39,722 bases of DNA from Eledone cirrhosa (taxonomy: Eukaryota): positions 1 to 39,722 of the forward strand of contig CAXHJY010001735.1 in the NCBI GenBank assembly GCA_964016885.1, written 5' to 3'. Below the pieces are notes generated by a model that did not search any database, was not told the DNA's origin, and worked only from the letters and a program-made list of their open reading frames with translations. Below are positions 1 through 31,718 of the stretch, one piece after another; the stretch's first letter is position 1, and each line of letters begins with the position of its first letter. The position numbers were made by a program, and so were the translations under genes.

Positions 1-3000
1 TTTTTTATGGGGGGGGGGTCCGTTTTTTATTTGGGTGCCCCGTTTTTTTATGGGGGGGGGTCCGTTTTTTATTTGGGTAGCCCGTTTTTTATTTGGGTGC
101 CCCGTATTTTTATGGGGGGGTCCGTTTTTTATTTGGGTACCCCTTTTTTATTTGGGTGCCCCGTTTTTTTTATGGGGGGGGGGGGTCCGTTTTTTATTTG
201 GGTGCCCCGTTTTTTTATGGGGGGGGTCCGTTTTTTATTTGGGTACCCCGTTTTTTATTTGGGTGCCCCGTTTTTTTATGGGGTGGTCCGTTTTTTATTT
301 GGGTGCCCCGTTTTTTATTTGGTTACCCCGTTTTTTATTTGGGTGCCCCGTTCTTTTATGGGGGGGGGTCCGTTTTTTATTTGGGTACCCCCTTTTTTAT
401 TTGGGTGCCCCGTTTTTTTATGGGGGGGGGGTCCGTTTTTTATTTGGATACCCCGTTATTTATTTGGGTGCCCCGTTTTTTTATGGGGGGGGGTCCGTTT
501 TTTATTTGGGTGCCCCCGTTTTTTTATGGGGGCGTCCGTTTTTTATTTGGGTGCCCCGTTTTTTTTATGGGGGGGGGCCGTTTTTTATTTGGGTACCCCC
601 CCCCATAAAAAAACGGGGGCACCCAAATAAAAAACGGGGTATCCAAATAAAAAACGGACCCCCCCCATAAAAAAAACGGGGCACCCAAATAAAAAACGGG
701 GTACCCAAATAAAAAACGGACCCCCCCCCCATAAAAAAACGGGGCACCCAAATAAAAAACGGACACCCCCAGAAAAGAACGGGGGCACCCAAATAAAAAA
801 CGGACCCCCCCCATAAAAAAACGGGGCACCCAAATAAAAAACGGGGCACCCAAATAAAAAACGGGGCACCCAAATAAAAAACGGACCCCCTCCATAAAAA
901 AACGGGGGCACCCAAATAAAAAACGGGGTACCCAAATAAAAAACGGGACACCCAGATAAAAAACGGACCCCCCCATAAAAAAACGGGGCACCCAAATAAA
1001 AAACGGGGGCACCCAAATAAAAAACGGACCCCCCCCCATAAAAAAACGGGGCACCAAAATAAAAAACGAGGTATCCAAATAAAAAACGGACCCCCCCCAT
1101 AAAAATAGGGGTCACCCAAATAAAAAAACGGACCCCCCCATAAAAAACGGACCCCGCCCATAAAAAACGGGACACCCAAATAAAAAACGGGGTATCCAAA
1201 TAAAAAACAGACTCCCCCCATAAAAAAACGGGGCACCCAAAATAAAAACGGGGTATCCAAATAAAAAAACGGACCCCCCCCATAAAAAAACGGGGCACCC
1301 AAATAAAAAACGGGGTATCCAAATAAAAAACGGACCCCCTCCCCCATAAAAAAACGGGGCACCCAAATAAAAAACGGGGCACCCAAATAAAAAAACGGGG
1401 TATCCAAATAAAAAACGGACCCCCCCCATAAAAAAACGGGGCACCCAAATAAAAAACGGGGCACCCAAATAAAAAACGGACCCCCCCATAAAAAAACGGG
1501 GCACCCAAATAAAAAACGGACCCCCCCCCCATAAAAAAACCGGTCACCGAAATAAAAAACGGACCCCCCCTTAAAAAAAACGGGGCACCCAAATAAAAAA
1601 CGGGGTACCCAAATAAAAAACGGCCCCCCCCATAAAATAACGTGGCACCCAAATAAAAAACGGACCCCCCCCCCCATAAAAAGACGGGGCACCCAAATAA
1701 AAAACGGGGTATCCAAATAAAAAACGGACCCCCCCCATAAAAAAACGGGGCACCCAAATAAAAAACGGGGGTACCCAAATAAAAAACGGACCCCCCCCAT
1801 AAAAAAACGGGGCACCCAAATAAAAAACGGACCCCCCCCATAAAAAAACGGGGCACCCAAATAAAAAACGGGGCACCCAAATAAAAAACGGGGTACCCAA
1901 ATAAAAAACGGGGCACCCAAATAAAAAACGGACCCCCCCATAAAAAAACGGGGCACCCAAATAAAAAACGGACCCCCCCCCATAAAAAAACGGGGGCACC
2001 CAAATAAAAAACGGCGTATCCAAATAAAAAACGGACCCCCCCATAAAAGAACGGGGCACCCAAATAAAAAACGGACCCCGCCCATAAAAAATCGCGGCAC
2101 CCAAATAAAAACGGACCCCCCCCCATAAAAAAACGGGGCTCCCAAATAAAAAACGGACCCCCCCATAAAATAACGGGGCACCCAAATAAAAAACGGACCC
2201 CCCCCCCCATAAAAAAACGGGACACCCAAATAAAAAACGGGTTACCCAAATAAAAAAACGGGGTACCCAGATAAAAAACGGACCCCCCCCCATAAAAAAA
2301 CGGGGCACCCAAATAAAAAACGGACCCCCCCATAAAAGAACGGGGCACCCAAATAAAAAACGGGGCACCCAAATAAAAAACGGGGCACCCAAATAAAAAA
2401 CGGGGCACCCAAATAAAAAACGGGGCACCCAAATAAAAAACGGACCCCCCCCCCATAAATAAACGAGGCACCCAAATAAAAAACGGGGTACCCAAATAAA
2501 AAACGGACCCCCCCATAAAAAAAACGGGGCACCCAAATAAAAAACGGGGTATCCAAATAAAAAACGGACCCCCCCATAAAAAAACGGGGCACCCAAATAA
2601 AAAACGGGGTACCCAAATAAAAAACGGACCCTCCCATAAAAAAACGGGGCACCCAAATAAAAAACGGCCCCCCCCCCATAAAAAAAACGGGGCACCCAAA
2701 TAAAAAACGGACCCCCCCCATAAAAAAACGTGGCACCCAAATAAAAAACGGGGCACCCAAATAAAAAACGGACCACCCCATAAAAAAACGGGGCACCCAA
2801 ATAAAAAACGGACCCCCCCCATAAAAAAACGGGGCACCCAAATAAAAAACGGGGCACCCAAATAAAAAACGGGGTACCCAGATAAAAAACGGACCCCCCC
2901 ATAAAAAAACGGGGCACCCAAATAAAAAACGGGGTATCCAAATAAAAAACGGACCCCCCCCATAAAAAAACGGGGCACCCAAATAAAAAACGGACCCCCC

Positions 3001-6000
3001 CCCCATAAAAAAACGGGGCACCCAAATAAAAAATGGACCGCCCCCATAGAAAAACGGGGGACCCAAATAAAAAACGGGGCACCCAAATAAAAAACGGGGC
3101 ACCCAAATAAAAAACGGGGCACCCAAATAAAAAACGGGGCACCCAAATAAAAAACAGACCCCCTCCATAAAAAAACGGGGCACCCAAATAAAAAACGGGG
3201 TACCCAAATAAAAAACGGGGTACCCAGATAAAAAACGGAACCCCCCCATAAAAAAACGGGGCACCGAAATAAAAAACGGACCCCCCCCATAAAAAAACGG
3301 GGCACCCAAATAAAAAACGAGGTACCCAAATAAAAAACGGACCCCCCCCCCCCATAAAAAAAACGGGGCACCCAAATAAAAAACGGGGTATCCAGATAAA
3401 AAACGGACCCTCCCATAAAAAAACGGGGCACCCAAATAAAAAACGGGGTACCCAAATAAAAAACGGACCCTCCCATAAAAAAAACGGGGCACCCAAATAA
3501 AAAACGGACCCCCCCCATAAAAAAACGTGGCACCCAAATAAAAAACGGGGCACCCAAATAAAAAACGGACCACCCCATAAAAAAACGGGGCACCCAAATA
3601 AAAAACGGACCCCCCCATAAAAAAACGGGGCACCCAAATAAAAAACGGGGCACCCAAATAAAAAACGGGGTACCCAGATAAAAAACGGACCCCCCCATAA
3701 AAAAACGGGGCACCCAAATAAAAAACGGGGTATCCAAATAAAAAACGGACCCCCCCCCATAAAAAAACGGGGCACCCAAATAAAAAACGGACCCCCCCCA
3801 TAAAAAAACGGGGCACCCAAATAAAAAATGGACCGCCCCCATAGAAAAACGGGGGACCCAAATAAAAAACGGGGCACCCAAATAAAAAACGGGGCACCCA
3901 AATAAAAAACGGGGCACCCAAATAAAAAACAGACCCCCTCCATAAAAAAACGGGGCACCCAAATAAAAAACGGGGTACCCAAATAAAAAACGGGGTACCC
4001 AGATAAAAAACGGAACCCCCCCATAAAAAAACGGGGCACCGAAATAAAAAAACGGACCCCCCCCATAAAAAAAACGGGGCACCCAAATAAAAAACGGGGT
4101 ACCCAAATAAAAAACGGACCCCCCCCCATAAAAAAAACGGGGCACCCAAATAAAAAACGGGGTATCCAGATAAAAAACGGACCCCCCCATAAAAAAACGG
4201 GGCACCCAAATAAAAAACGGGTCACCCAAATAAAAAACGGGGCACCCAAATAAAAAACGGGGCACCCAAATAAAAAACGGACCCCCCCATAAAAAAACGG
4301 GGCACCCAAATAAAAAACGGAGTACCCAAATAAAAAACGGACCCCCCCATAAAAAAACGGGGCACCCAAATAAAAAACGGGGCACCCAAATAAAAAACGG
4401 GGCACCCAAATAAAAAACGGGGTACCCAAATAAAAAACGGGGCACCCCAATAAAAAACGGACCCCCCCCATAAAAAAACGGGGCACACAAATTAAAAACG
4501 GACCCCGCCATAAAAAAACGGGGCACCCAAATAAAAAACGGACCCCCCCCATAAAAAACGGTGCACCCAAATAAAAAACGGTGTACCCAAATAAAAAACG
4601 GACCCCCCATAAAAAAACGGGGCTCCCAAATAAAAAACGGACCCCCCCCCATAAAAAAACGGGGCACCCAAATAAAAAACGGGGCACCCAAATAAAAAAC
4701 GGACCCCCCCATAAAAAAACGGGGCACCCAAATAAAAAGCGGGGTACCCAAATAAAAAACGGACCCCCCCCATAAAAAAACGGGGCACCCAAATAAAAAA
4801 CGGACCCCCCCATAAAAAAACGGGGCACCCAAATAATAAACGGACCCCCCCCCATAAAAAGACGGGGCACCCAAATAAAAAACGGGGTATCCAAATAAAA
4901 AACGGGGTATCCAAATAAAAAACGGACCGCCCCCGCATAAAAAAACGGGGCACCCAAATAAAAAAACGGACCCCCCCCATAAAAAAACGGGGCACCCAAA
5001 TAAAAAACGGGGCACCCAAATAAAAAACGGAAACCCCCATAAAAAAACGGGGCACCCAAATAAAAAACGGGGTACCCAAATAAAAAACAGGGTACCCAGA
5101 TAAAAAACGGACCCCCCCATAAAAAAACGGGGCACCCAAATAAAAAACGGAACTCCCCATAAAAAAACGGGGCACCCAAATAAAAAACGGACCCCCCCCA
5201 TAAAAAAACGGGGCACCCAAATAAAAAACGGGGCACCCAAATAAAAAACGGGGCACCCAAATAAAAAACGGGGTACCCAAATAAAAAACGGGGTACCCAG
5301 ATAAAAAACGGACCCCCCCATAAAAAAACGGGGCACCCAAATAAAAAACGGGGTACCCAAATAAAAAACGGGGTACCCAGATAAAAAACGGACCCCCCCA
5401 TAAAAAAACGGGGCACCCAAATAAAAAACGGGGTATCCAAATAAAAAACGGACCCCCCATAAAAAAACGGGGCACCCAAATAAAAAACGGGGTACCCAAA
5501 TAAAAAACGGACACCCCCCATAAAAAAACGGGGCACCCAAATAAAAAACAGACCGCCCCCATAAAAAAATGGGGCACCCAAATAAAAAACGGACCCCCTC
5601 CATAAAAAAACGGGGCACCCAAATAAAAAACGGGGTACCCAGATAAAAAACGGACCCCCCCCCATAAAAAAACGGGGCACCGAAATAAAAAACGGACCCC
5701 CCCCATAAAAAAACGGGGCACCCAAATAAAAAACGGGGTACCCAAATAAAAAACGGCCCCCCCCCATAAAAAAACGGGGCACCCACATAAAAAACGGACC
5801 CCCCCATAAAAAAACGGGGCACCCAAATAAAAAACGGACCCCGTTTTTTATTTGGGTGCCCCGTTTTTTTTATGGGGGGGGTCCGTTTTTTATTTGGATA
5901 CCCCGTTTTTTATTTGGGTGCCCCGTTTTTTTACGGGGGGGTCCGTTTTTTATCTGGGTACCCCGTTTTTTATTTGGGTACCCCGTTTTTTATTTCGGTG

Positions 6001-7719
6001 CCCCGTTTTTTGATGGGGGGGTCCGTTTTTTATTTGGGTGCCCCGTTTTTTTATGGGGGGGGTCCGTTTTTTATTTGGGTACCCCGTTTTTTATTTGGGT
6101 GCCCCGTTTTTTTATGGGGGGGGGTCCGTTTTTTATTTGGGTGCCCCGTTTTTTTATGGGGGGTCCGTTTTTTATTTGGGTACCCCGTTTTTTATTTGGG
6201 TGCCCGTATTTTTATGGGGGGTCCGTTTTTTATTTGGGTGCCTCGTTTTTTATTTGGGTGCCCCGTTTTTTTATGGGGGGGGGGGTCCTTTTTTTATTTG
6301 GGTACCCCGTTTTTTATTTGGGTGCCACGTATTTTTATGGGGGTTCCGTTTTTTATTTGGGTGCCCCGTTTTTTATTTGGGTGCCCCGTTTTTTTATGGG
6401 GGTCCGTTTTTTATTTGGGTACCCCGTTTTTTATTTGGGTGCCCCGTTTTTTTTATGGGTGGGTCCGTTTTTTATTTGGGTGCCCCGTTTTTTTATGGGG
6501 GGGGTCCGTTTTTTATTTGGGTGCCCCGTTTTTTTATGGGGGTGTCCGTTTTTTATTGGGGGGGGTCCGTTTTTTATTTGGGTGCCCCGTTTTTTTATGG
6601 GGGGGGGTCCGTTTTTCATTTGGGTGCCCCGCTTTTTATTTGGGTGCCCCGCTTTTTATTTGGGTGCCCCGTTTTTTTATGGGGGGGCGTTTTTTATTTG
6701 GGTACCCCGTTTTTTATTTGGGTGCCCCGTTTTTTATTTGGGTGCCCCGTTTTTTTATGGGGGGGGGGTCCGTTTTTTATTTGGGTGCCCCGTTTTTTTA
6801 TGGGGGGGGTCCGTTTTTTATTTGGGTGCCCCGTTTTTTTATGGTGGGGTCCGTTTTTTATTTGGATACCCCGTCTTTTATTTGGGTGCCCCGTTTTTTT
6901 ATGGGGGGGGGGGTCCGTTTTTCATTTGGGTGCCCCGTTTTTTTATGGGGGGGGGTCCGTTTTTTATTTGGGTGCCCCGTTTTTTTATGGGGGGGTCCGT
7001 TTTTTATTTGGGTACCCCGTTTTTTATTTGGGTGCCCCGTTTTTTTATGGGGGGTCCGTTTTTTATTTTGGTGCCCCGTTTTTTTATGGGGGGGTCCGTT
7101 TTTTATTTGGGTACCCCGTTTTTTATTTGGGTGCCCCGTTTTTTTATTGGGGGGTCCGTTTTTTATTTGGGTGCCCCCTTTTTTTATGGGGGGGGGGTCC
7201 GTTTTTTATTTGGGTGCCCCGTTTTTTTATGGTGGGGTCCGTTTTTTATTTGGATACCCCGTCTTTTATTTGGGTGCCCCGTTTTTTTATGGGGGTTTAG
7301 TTTTTTATTTGGGTGCCCCGTTTTTTTATGGGGGGGGGGTCCGTTTTTTATTTGGGTGCCCTGTTTTTTATGGGGGGGGGGGACCGTTTTCTATTTGGGT
7401 GCCCCGTTTTTTATTTGGGTGCCCGTTTTTATATGGGGGGGGGTCCGTTTTTTATTTGGGTGCCCCGTTTTTTATGGGGGTGCCCCATTTTTTATTCGGG
7501 TGCCCCGTTTTTTATGGGGTGCCCCATTTTTTATTTGGGTGCCCTGTTTTTTTATGGGTGGTCCGTTTTTTATTTGTCTGCCCCGTTTTTTTATGGGGGG
7601 GGTCCGTTTTATATTTGGGTGCCCCGTTTTTTTATGCGGGGGGGGGGGGGTCCGTTTTTTATTTGGGTGCCTCGTTTTTTTATGCGGGGGGGGGGGGTCG
7701 TTTTTTATTTGGGTGCCTC

Positions 7720-7722
<3 letters not shown>
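1..7722. repeat. ~20-bp two-monomer satellite (ATTTGGGTGCCCCGTTTTTT / ATGGGGGGGTCCGTTTTTT) in three blocks of alternating orientation
   Basis: T/G-rich 1-~595, A/C-rich ~596-5837, T/G-rich 5841-7722; more degenerate beyond ~7300; followed by a poly(A) run at 7724-7766. Confidence 0.95.
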
Positions 7723-7767
<45 letters not shown>

Positions 7768-8723
7768 GTTGCTGATTTTCAGATAGTTTTGAAAATAATG
7801 GAGACTTTGGAGGGATTCAATAAAATAAATAACTTTCGTTATAAAACTGCTTTCTGAAACACAATGAAGGTTCTTACTTAAACGTACGATGGAAGGTTTT
7901 TTGAAAAATATAAAGACTTCAAAATAGTTTGTTTTTTTAATCGTTTCAAGCAGTTTTGAGCATTCTCAGATTTTACTTTACGAGAAAAAAATATGACACC
8001 ACACAAGTGTTGATGAGTGGCTATTGTCCTATAAAAAAAAAAAAAATAAATAAAAATAAAAATAAAAATTAAAAAAAAACGGAAATTTGTTTCTATTGTC
8101 GAATTCACCGAGTTTATACGTCAGCATGATAATCTTATTTCCTAGAAATAGAGAACGTTCCTCTGGTTTCGGATTTCATTACATACATACGTACATAAAT
8201 ACATTTCAATTCCTGGATTTATGACAAAATGGTTTTTTTTGTTTCAAAGGCATGCATTAATTTCAACTCTTCTTAATAGCTGCATTGTTTCTTTCCAGGG
8301 ACTATGTTGAAAAATAAACCTCATTTGGTTTTTCTAGCAGAGTATCTTGGTCAACCTCGGACCTTTTCAGTAAAGCCATCGTATGTAACGATATATCTTG
8401 GTCGATATTTTTCCTTCTATATTCGATTTTTCATATTTCTTTTATCATTTTTATAAAACATTTTTATAATCGACAGCAGATCGCTATAAAATAATAGCTT
8501 TCATTTTTTCGTCTCAAAGAGGTATTTTACCCTATTTTCGAAACTATTACACACACGTACAAAGAAAGAAGTCTAAGTCAACAGGTTAGAATTAACTTCG
8601 TTTATTTATTCATATTCGCTGATAACCATTATGCAACAGCTATGACCTCATCAGACAGAATTTAAACAGAATAAAAACAGAAAAACAACGATGGAATAAA
8701 GCTTACTCCTCAAAGCAATGGTC

Positions 8724-8759
<36 letters not shown>

Positions 8760-8827
8760 CCAAGCCACCGCCTGTCTTCATTCATAAACCTGTTCAATCA
8801 TGGCTGACCTGTAGCTAATAATTATTA

Positions 8828-8966
8828 CAGTGTATTACTGGTACTTTATTTTATCGACCCCGTAAGGATTAAAGGCAAAGTTAACCTCGGCGGGTTTTGA
8901 ACACAGGCCATAATGGGCCGTAACTCTTTGCTGCAAAGCATGGCGTCCGACCCTCTACCGCAGCCA
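8828..8966 (-). mobile_element. SINE copy
   Basis: Family consensus match. Confidence 0.75.
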
Positions 8967-9005
8967 TTTGTATTTAGCTTTTCTATCTTCAACAACACAT
9001 ATATG

Positions 9006-9045
<40 letters not shown>

Positions 9046-9428
9046 TAAATAAATTGATAAGCAATGGATTGAAAGGTTTTCTGTAGATTTATTCCCCCAA
9101 CGCCTCCAAAATACCCCCAAAATAAACATCACCATTATCACATTATTTATCTATCTATAAATTTATGTGTATTGAAGACAAAACCAGGCTGTTGGCACGT
9201 GGCAACAATTTTCATTTCGATTACTTTACATTTCATTTCAATTTCTTTAAATTTGTATATTTTTTTATAGATTTAAAGCTTCAACTTGTCCCAGATTCTC
9301 CTTCTGGATTTTTGATGGTCTATTTATCTATATATGTCTTTGTGTGTGTCTGCCCATCGTAGTTAGTCGGTGAATTGGTGGAAATTTATTAGTGTATTAT
9401 AGAGAGATGTGTATATACATAAATACAA

Positions 9429-9461
<33 letters not shown>

Positions 9462-9496
9462 AGTGTACATACATATTACACACACACAAGCACATT

Positions 9497-9539
<43 letters not shown>

Positions 9540-9865
9540 AATTAACAAGGCAATACGAAAAATCCTGACACACACACATTTGAAAATAAGAGTCTCAAAT
9601 GCAATAACTAATACAAGTCGATCACTATAAACAATAGAGAAAATCGGGTAAATTATCCTCGAAGATAGATAAACGGAAAGAGATGTTTATGGAGAAATGA
9701 ACCAGCTTCTCATTTTTTTTTTTAGGAGGAGTGTTTTTAGGATGTTATACTATACAGCTTTGGACTAGAGTGTAGTTGAATGTAAATAAACATTAAACGC
9801 AGAAAGTAAGATACGGGGTTCGATTCCTCGTAGGTCCTTCTACCCACATTTTTTCTCTCCAAGAG

Positions 9866-10008
9866 TACCATATTTCCCGGCGTCTTAAAAATCTACCATG
9901 CGTCCCGAAGACCGAAGGTTATTTGTTAATTTTTTTTCAAATTTTTGGTTGCCAAAATTAGGGTGCGTCCTCGAGGACGAAGCATCTTCGGCGCCGGGAA
10001 ATACGGTA
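9866..10008. mobile_element. MITE, Tc1/mariner-pogo-like TIRs (copy 1)
   Basis: TACCATATTTCCCGGCGTC ... GGCGCCGGGAAATACGGTA terminal inverted repeat with TA ends; no coding capacity. Confidence 0.75.
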
Positions 10009-10193
10009 TATGTAAATATATCGTAATAATAAATGTGAAGACTAAAATCCAAAGAGTTTCAGAAGATCCCGTTAAGGGTGAAAACAACGATTCTTTGCTT
10101 AAACTTTAATCTGTTGTTTTAATATATATATTATATCTATATATAATATATATATCTGGCTTGTATCTGCCGAAATTACCTCTTGTTGTTTTG

Positions 10194-10241
10194 ATTGCCC
10201 TGATGAGTCCTTAATAGGACGAAACATTGTCGGCTAATAAA
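10194..10241 (+). ncRNA. Minimal type I hammerhead ribozyme motif (Penelope-like style)
   Basis: GCC-CTGATGA-GTCCT-taat-AGGAC-GAAAC-att-GTC^GGC, then AATAAA: full core, 5-bp stem II, stem I GCC/GGC (extendable over a bulge), very short stem III. Confidence 0.75.
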
Positions 10242-10381
10242 AACTTTTGATGTATTAAAGGATTCTTTGTTTTACTCTCTTAATTTTTCGGCTCTGTTTA
10301 ACTGCATTGAGCTATACCTTTTACTGTCATTTCTATAATACGAAGAGGGTGTTTGACTCAAACACGCTCCAGTATTCTAAT

Positions 10382-10420
<39 letters not shown>

Positions 10421-10427
10421 GTATAAA

Positions 10428-10578
10428 TACCGTATTTTCCGGCGTCGAAGACGCTACTTTTTTCCTAAAATAAGTCAAAATTCTACCATGCGTCCTGGTG
10501 GCCGAAGGTTGTTTATTACTTTTTTTTTCAAATTTGCGTCCTCGAGGACGAAGCGTTTTCGGCGCCGGAAAATATAGT
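10428..10578. mobile_element. MITE, same family (copy 2), in the probable LOX 3' UTR
   Basis: TACCGTATTTTCCGGCGTCGAA ... TTCGGCGCCGGAAAATATAGT; shares internal CTACCATGCGTCC and GCGTCCTCGAGGACGAAGC with copy 1. Confidence 0.75.
10512..10517 (-). promoter_or_regulatory. Candidate LOX polyadenylation signal AATAAA
   Basis: First AATAAA on the minus strand after the stop codon (~143 nt downstream), inside MITE copy 2. Confidence 0.35.
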
Positions 10579-10659
10579 GATCGATTTTTTTACAATTATT
10601 TTCTACATTTCTGCATTTCAAATACTCCCTACGCTTCGATAATTTGTAGGATATATAAT

Positions 10660-29938
<19,279 letters not shown>

Positions 29939-30702
29939 TTCTGTAAAGAAAAAATAAGATGAATTGCGATTTAAAAAAAAAAAAATGTTAAACCATAGAC
30001 ACTTAAAAGGAGGCCGCTTAGAAAAGTCAGCCCAGTGTCGGTGTTGATATGGCTGTGGGCAGTGAATAAGGAGTGTTAGAGGGAATGGCTAGGGTCTAGT
30101 TTGTGGGGTTCTTTCTAAGTTCAAATTCCAACCAGTTCTACTCGCTCTTTTCTTCTTTCCAGATCAATAAAAATAGGGACCACACAAAGTATAGAATCAA
30201 GTAAGACCTTTGATGGTGTTGCCCCAGAAGATCGAAGTTCAATAACTGAAACTAGTAAAAGAATAAGAGAGAGAGAGAGAGAGAAAATGCGTGAACTAGA
30301 ATATAACTTTAGAAAAATTCAGAGCTCGCACTTATGTAGGTTTACCAGACTTCCTTCGAGGTTGCATCGCATAGGAACTCCATCTCAATTCTACTTTCGA
30401 AAAGCAGAAGAACTGCGAAACCGGTAAAGGAACCAAATAAATACATATTAAAAAAAAAAAAAAAGACTCCTGATGCATTTTCGAATCATCTTTTTTCCTT
30501 ATACTTTCACTCTTGTAGGACCCTCGTTTTTTTTTTTCATTTTGTAAAAAAACCTCACTTTCTAATATATATATAGAGAGAGAGAGAGTAATGACTAACA
30601 AGGATTTGAATTTAAATTATTGAAGTGATACGACCGTTTCGTCAAAATAACTGGAATATTTCATTCCTGTATAATAATCTCATCAGAATCGATTAAATAT
30701 AA

Positions 30703-30815
30703 ATAATTGTTTCTACTTTTGGCACAAGGCCAGCAATTACCCAGTGTATTACTGGTACTTTATTTTATCGACCCCATAAGGATGAAAGGCAAAGTTAACC
30801 TTAGCGGGATTTGAA
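30703..30815 (-). mobile_element. Truncated SINE
   Basis: Family consensus match. Confidence 0.75.
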
Positions 30816-31034
30816 ATATAAATAATATTTGCCTTTCATGTCCATAAATTTTAATGAAACCGTCGTAAATAAATGATTTATTGTTAATCTTTACACTTTA
30901 TATATATGTGTGTGTGTGGTATTGTAAAACTACTGTGGTTGGAAATTTATCGATTGGATTAAACTCTGAACTGTCTCTTATCTTGTGGACTTATCTTTGT
31001 CTTTATATGGTTGTATTATTAACGCATTTAAACT

Positions 31035-31067
<33 letters not shown>

Positions 31068-31449
31068 TTACCAGTGTTAGACCATTAGGCAGTAACTCAT
31101 TACAATATATATTTGTATATATATGTTTGTGTATATATATATATGTGTGTGTATCCGCTCTGCCGACTAGTGAAGGAGGCGAATCCATTCTTATTTTACC
31201 AACTAACACCTTCAAAACGTTCTATTTCCATGTAAAGTGTGTGGTGGGGGGTACACTTTAACCCTTTAGCATTTAAACTGGCCATATCCTACCATAATTC
31301 TCCCACCTTTCTTTGTTCAAACCCGCCGTAACTGGCCACTTATACTGACATTAAAGTGTTGCCTCAAAATAAATAACATCAAAATCTCGTAGATTCAATA
31401 TTATGTGAGATAAAGCCTTTACCACAAAAATATAATAGTATATATAGAG

Positions 31450-31718
31450 CAGCGGTTCCCAAGCTGGGAACAGCGAAGCGATTTAGAGGAACCACGAAGG
31501 CTTAGCCAAATTTTCATTGTATACTGTGATTGAAGTTTTAAATCTTTAGAAATCATTGAACATGATAGCAGTTTTGGGCATTTTGATACTACTTAAATTA
31601 AATCGTAGTAGAATTGTCATGCATTTCATAAAAAGTTTGTATTTGAAAAATTTTGGAAATGCTGCCATAATATGATAGGGGACCGCGAGGCATCCAAAAG
31701 CTGGTAAGGGAACCACCG
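31450..31718. mobile_element. hAT-type MITE (older)
   Basis: CAGCGGTTCCC ... GGGAACCACCG; no TSD visible. Confidence 0.55.

Noticed and set aside
585-5822. 1745-aa and other long overlapping ORFs in the satellite
   Set aside because: The T/G-rich strand of the repeat almost entirely lacks TAA/TAG/TGA, so all three frames stay open. Variable homopolymer lengths shuffle the same peptide between frames, so there is no coding signal.
1-7722. Telomeric repeat
   Set aside because: No TTAGGG-type units; the array changes strand twice and has ~20-bp monomers.
30627-30691. Minus-strand CTGATGAG...CGAAACGGTC hammerhead
   Set aside because: The core nucleotides are present, but stems I and II pair poorly; noted only as a probable decayed copy.
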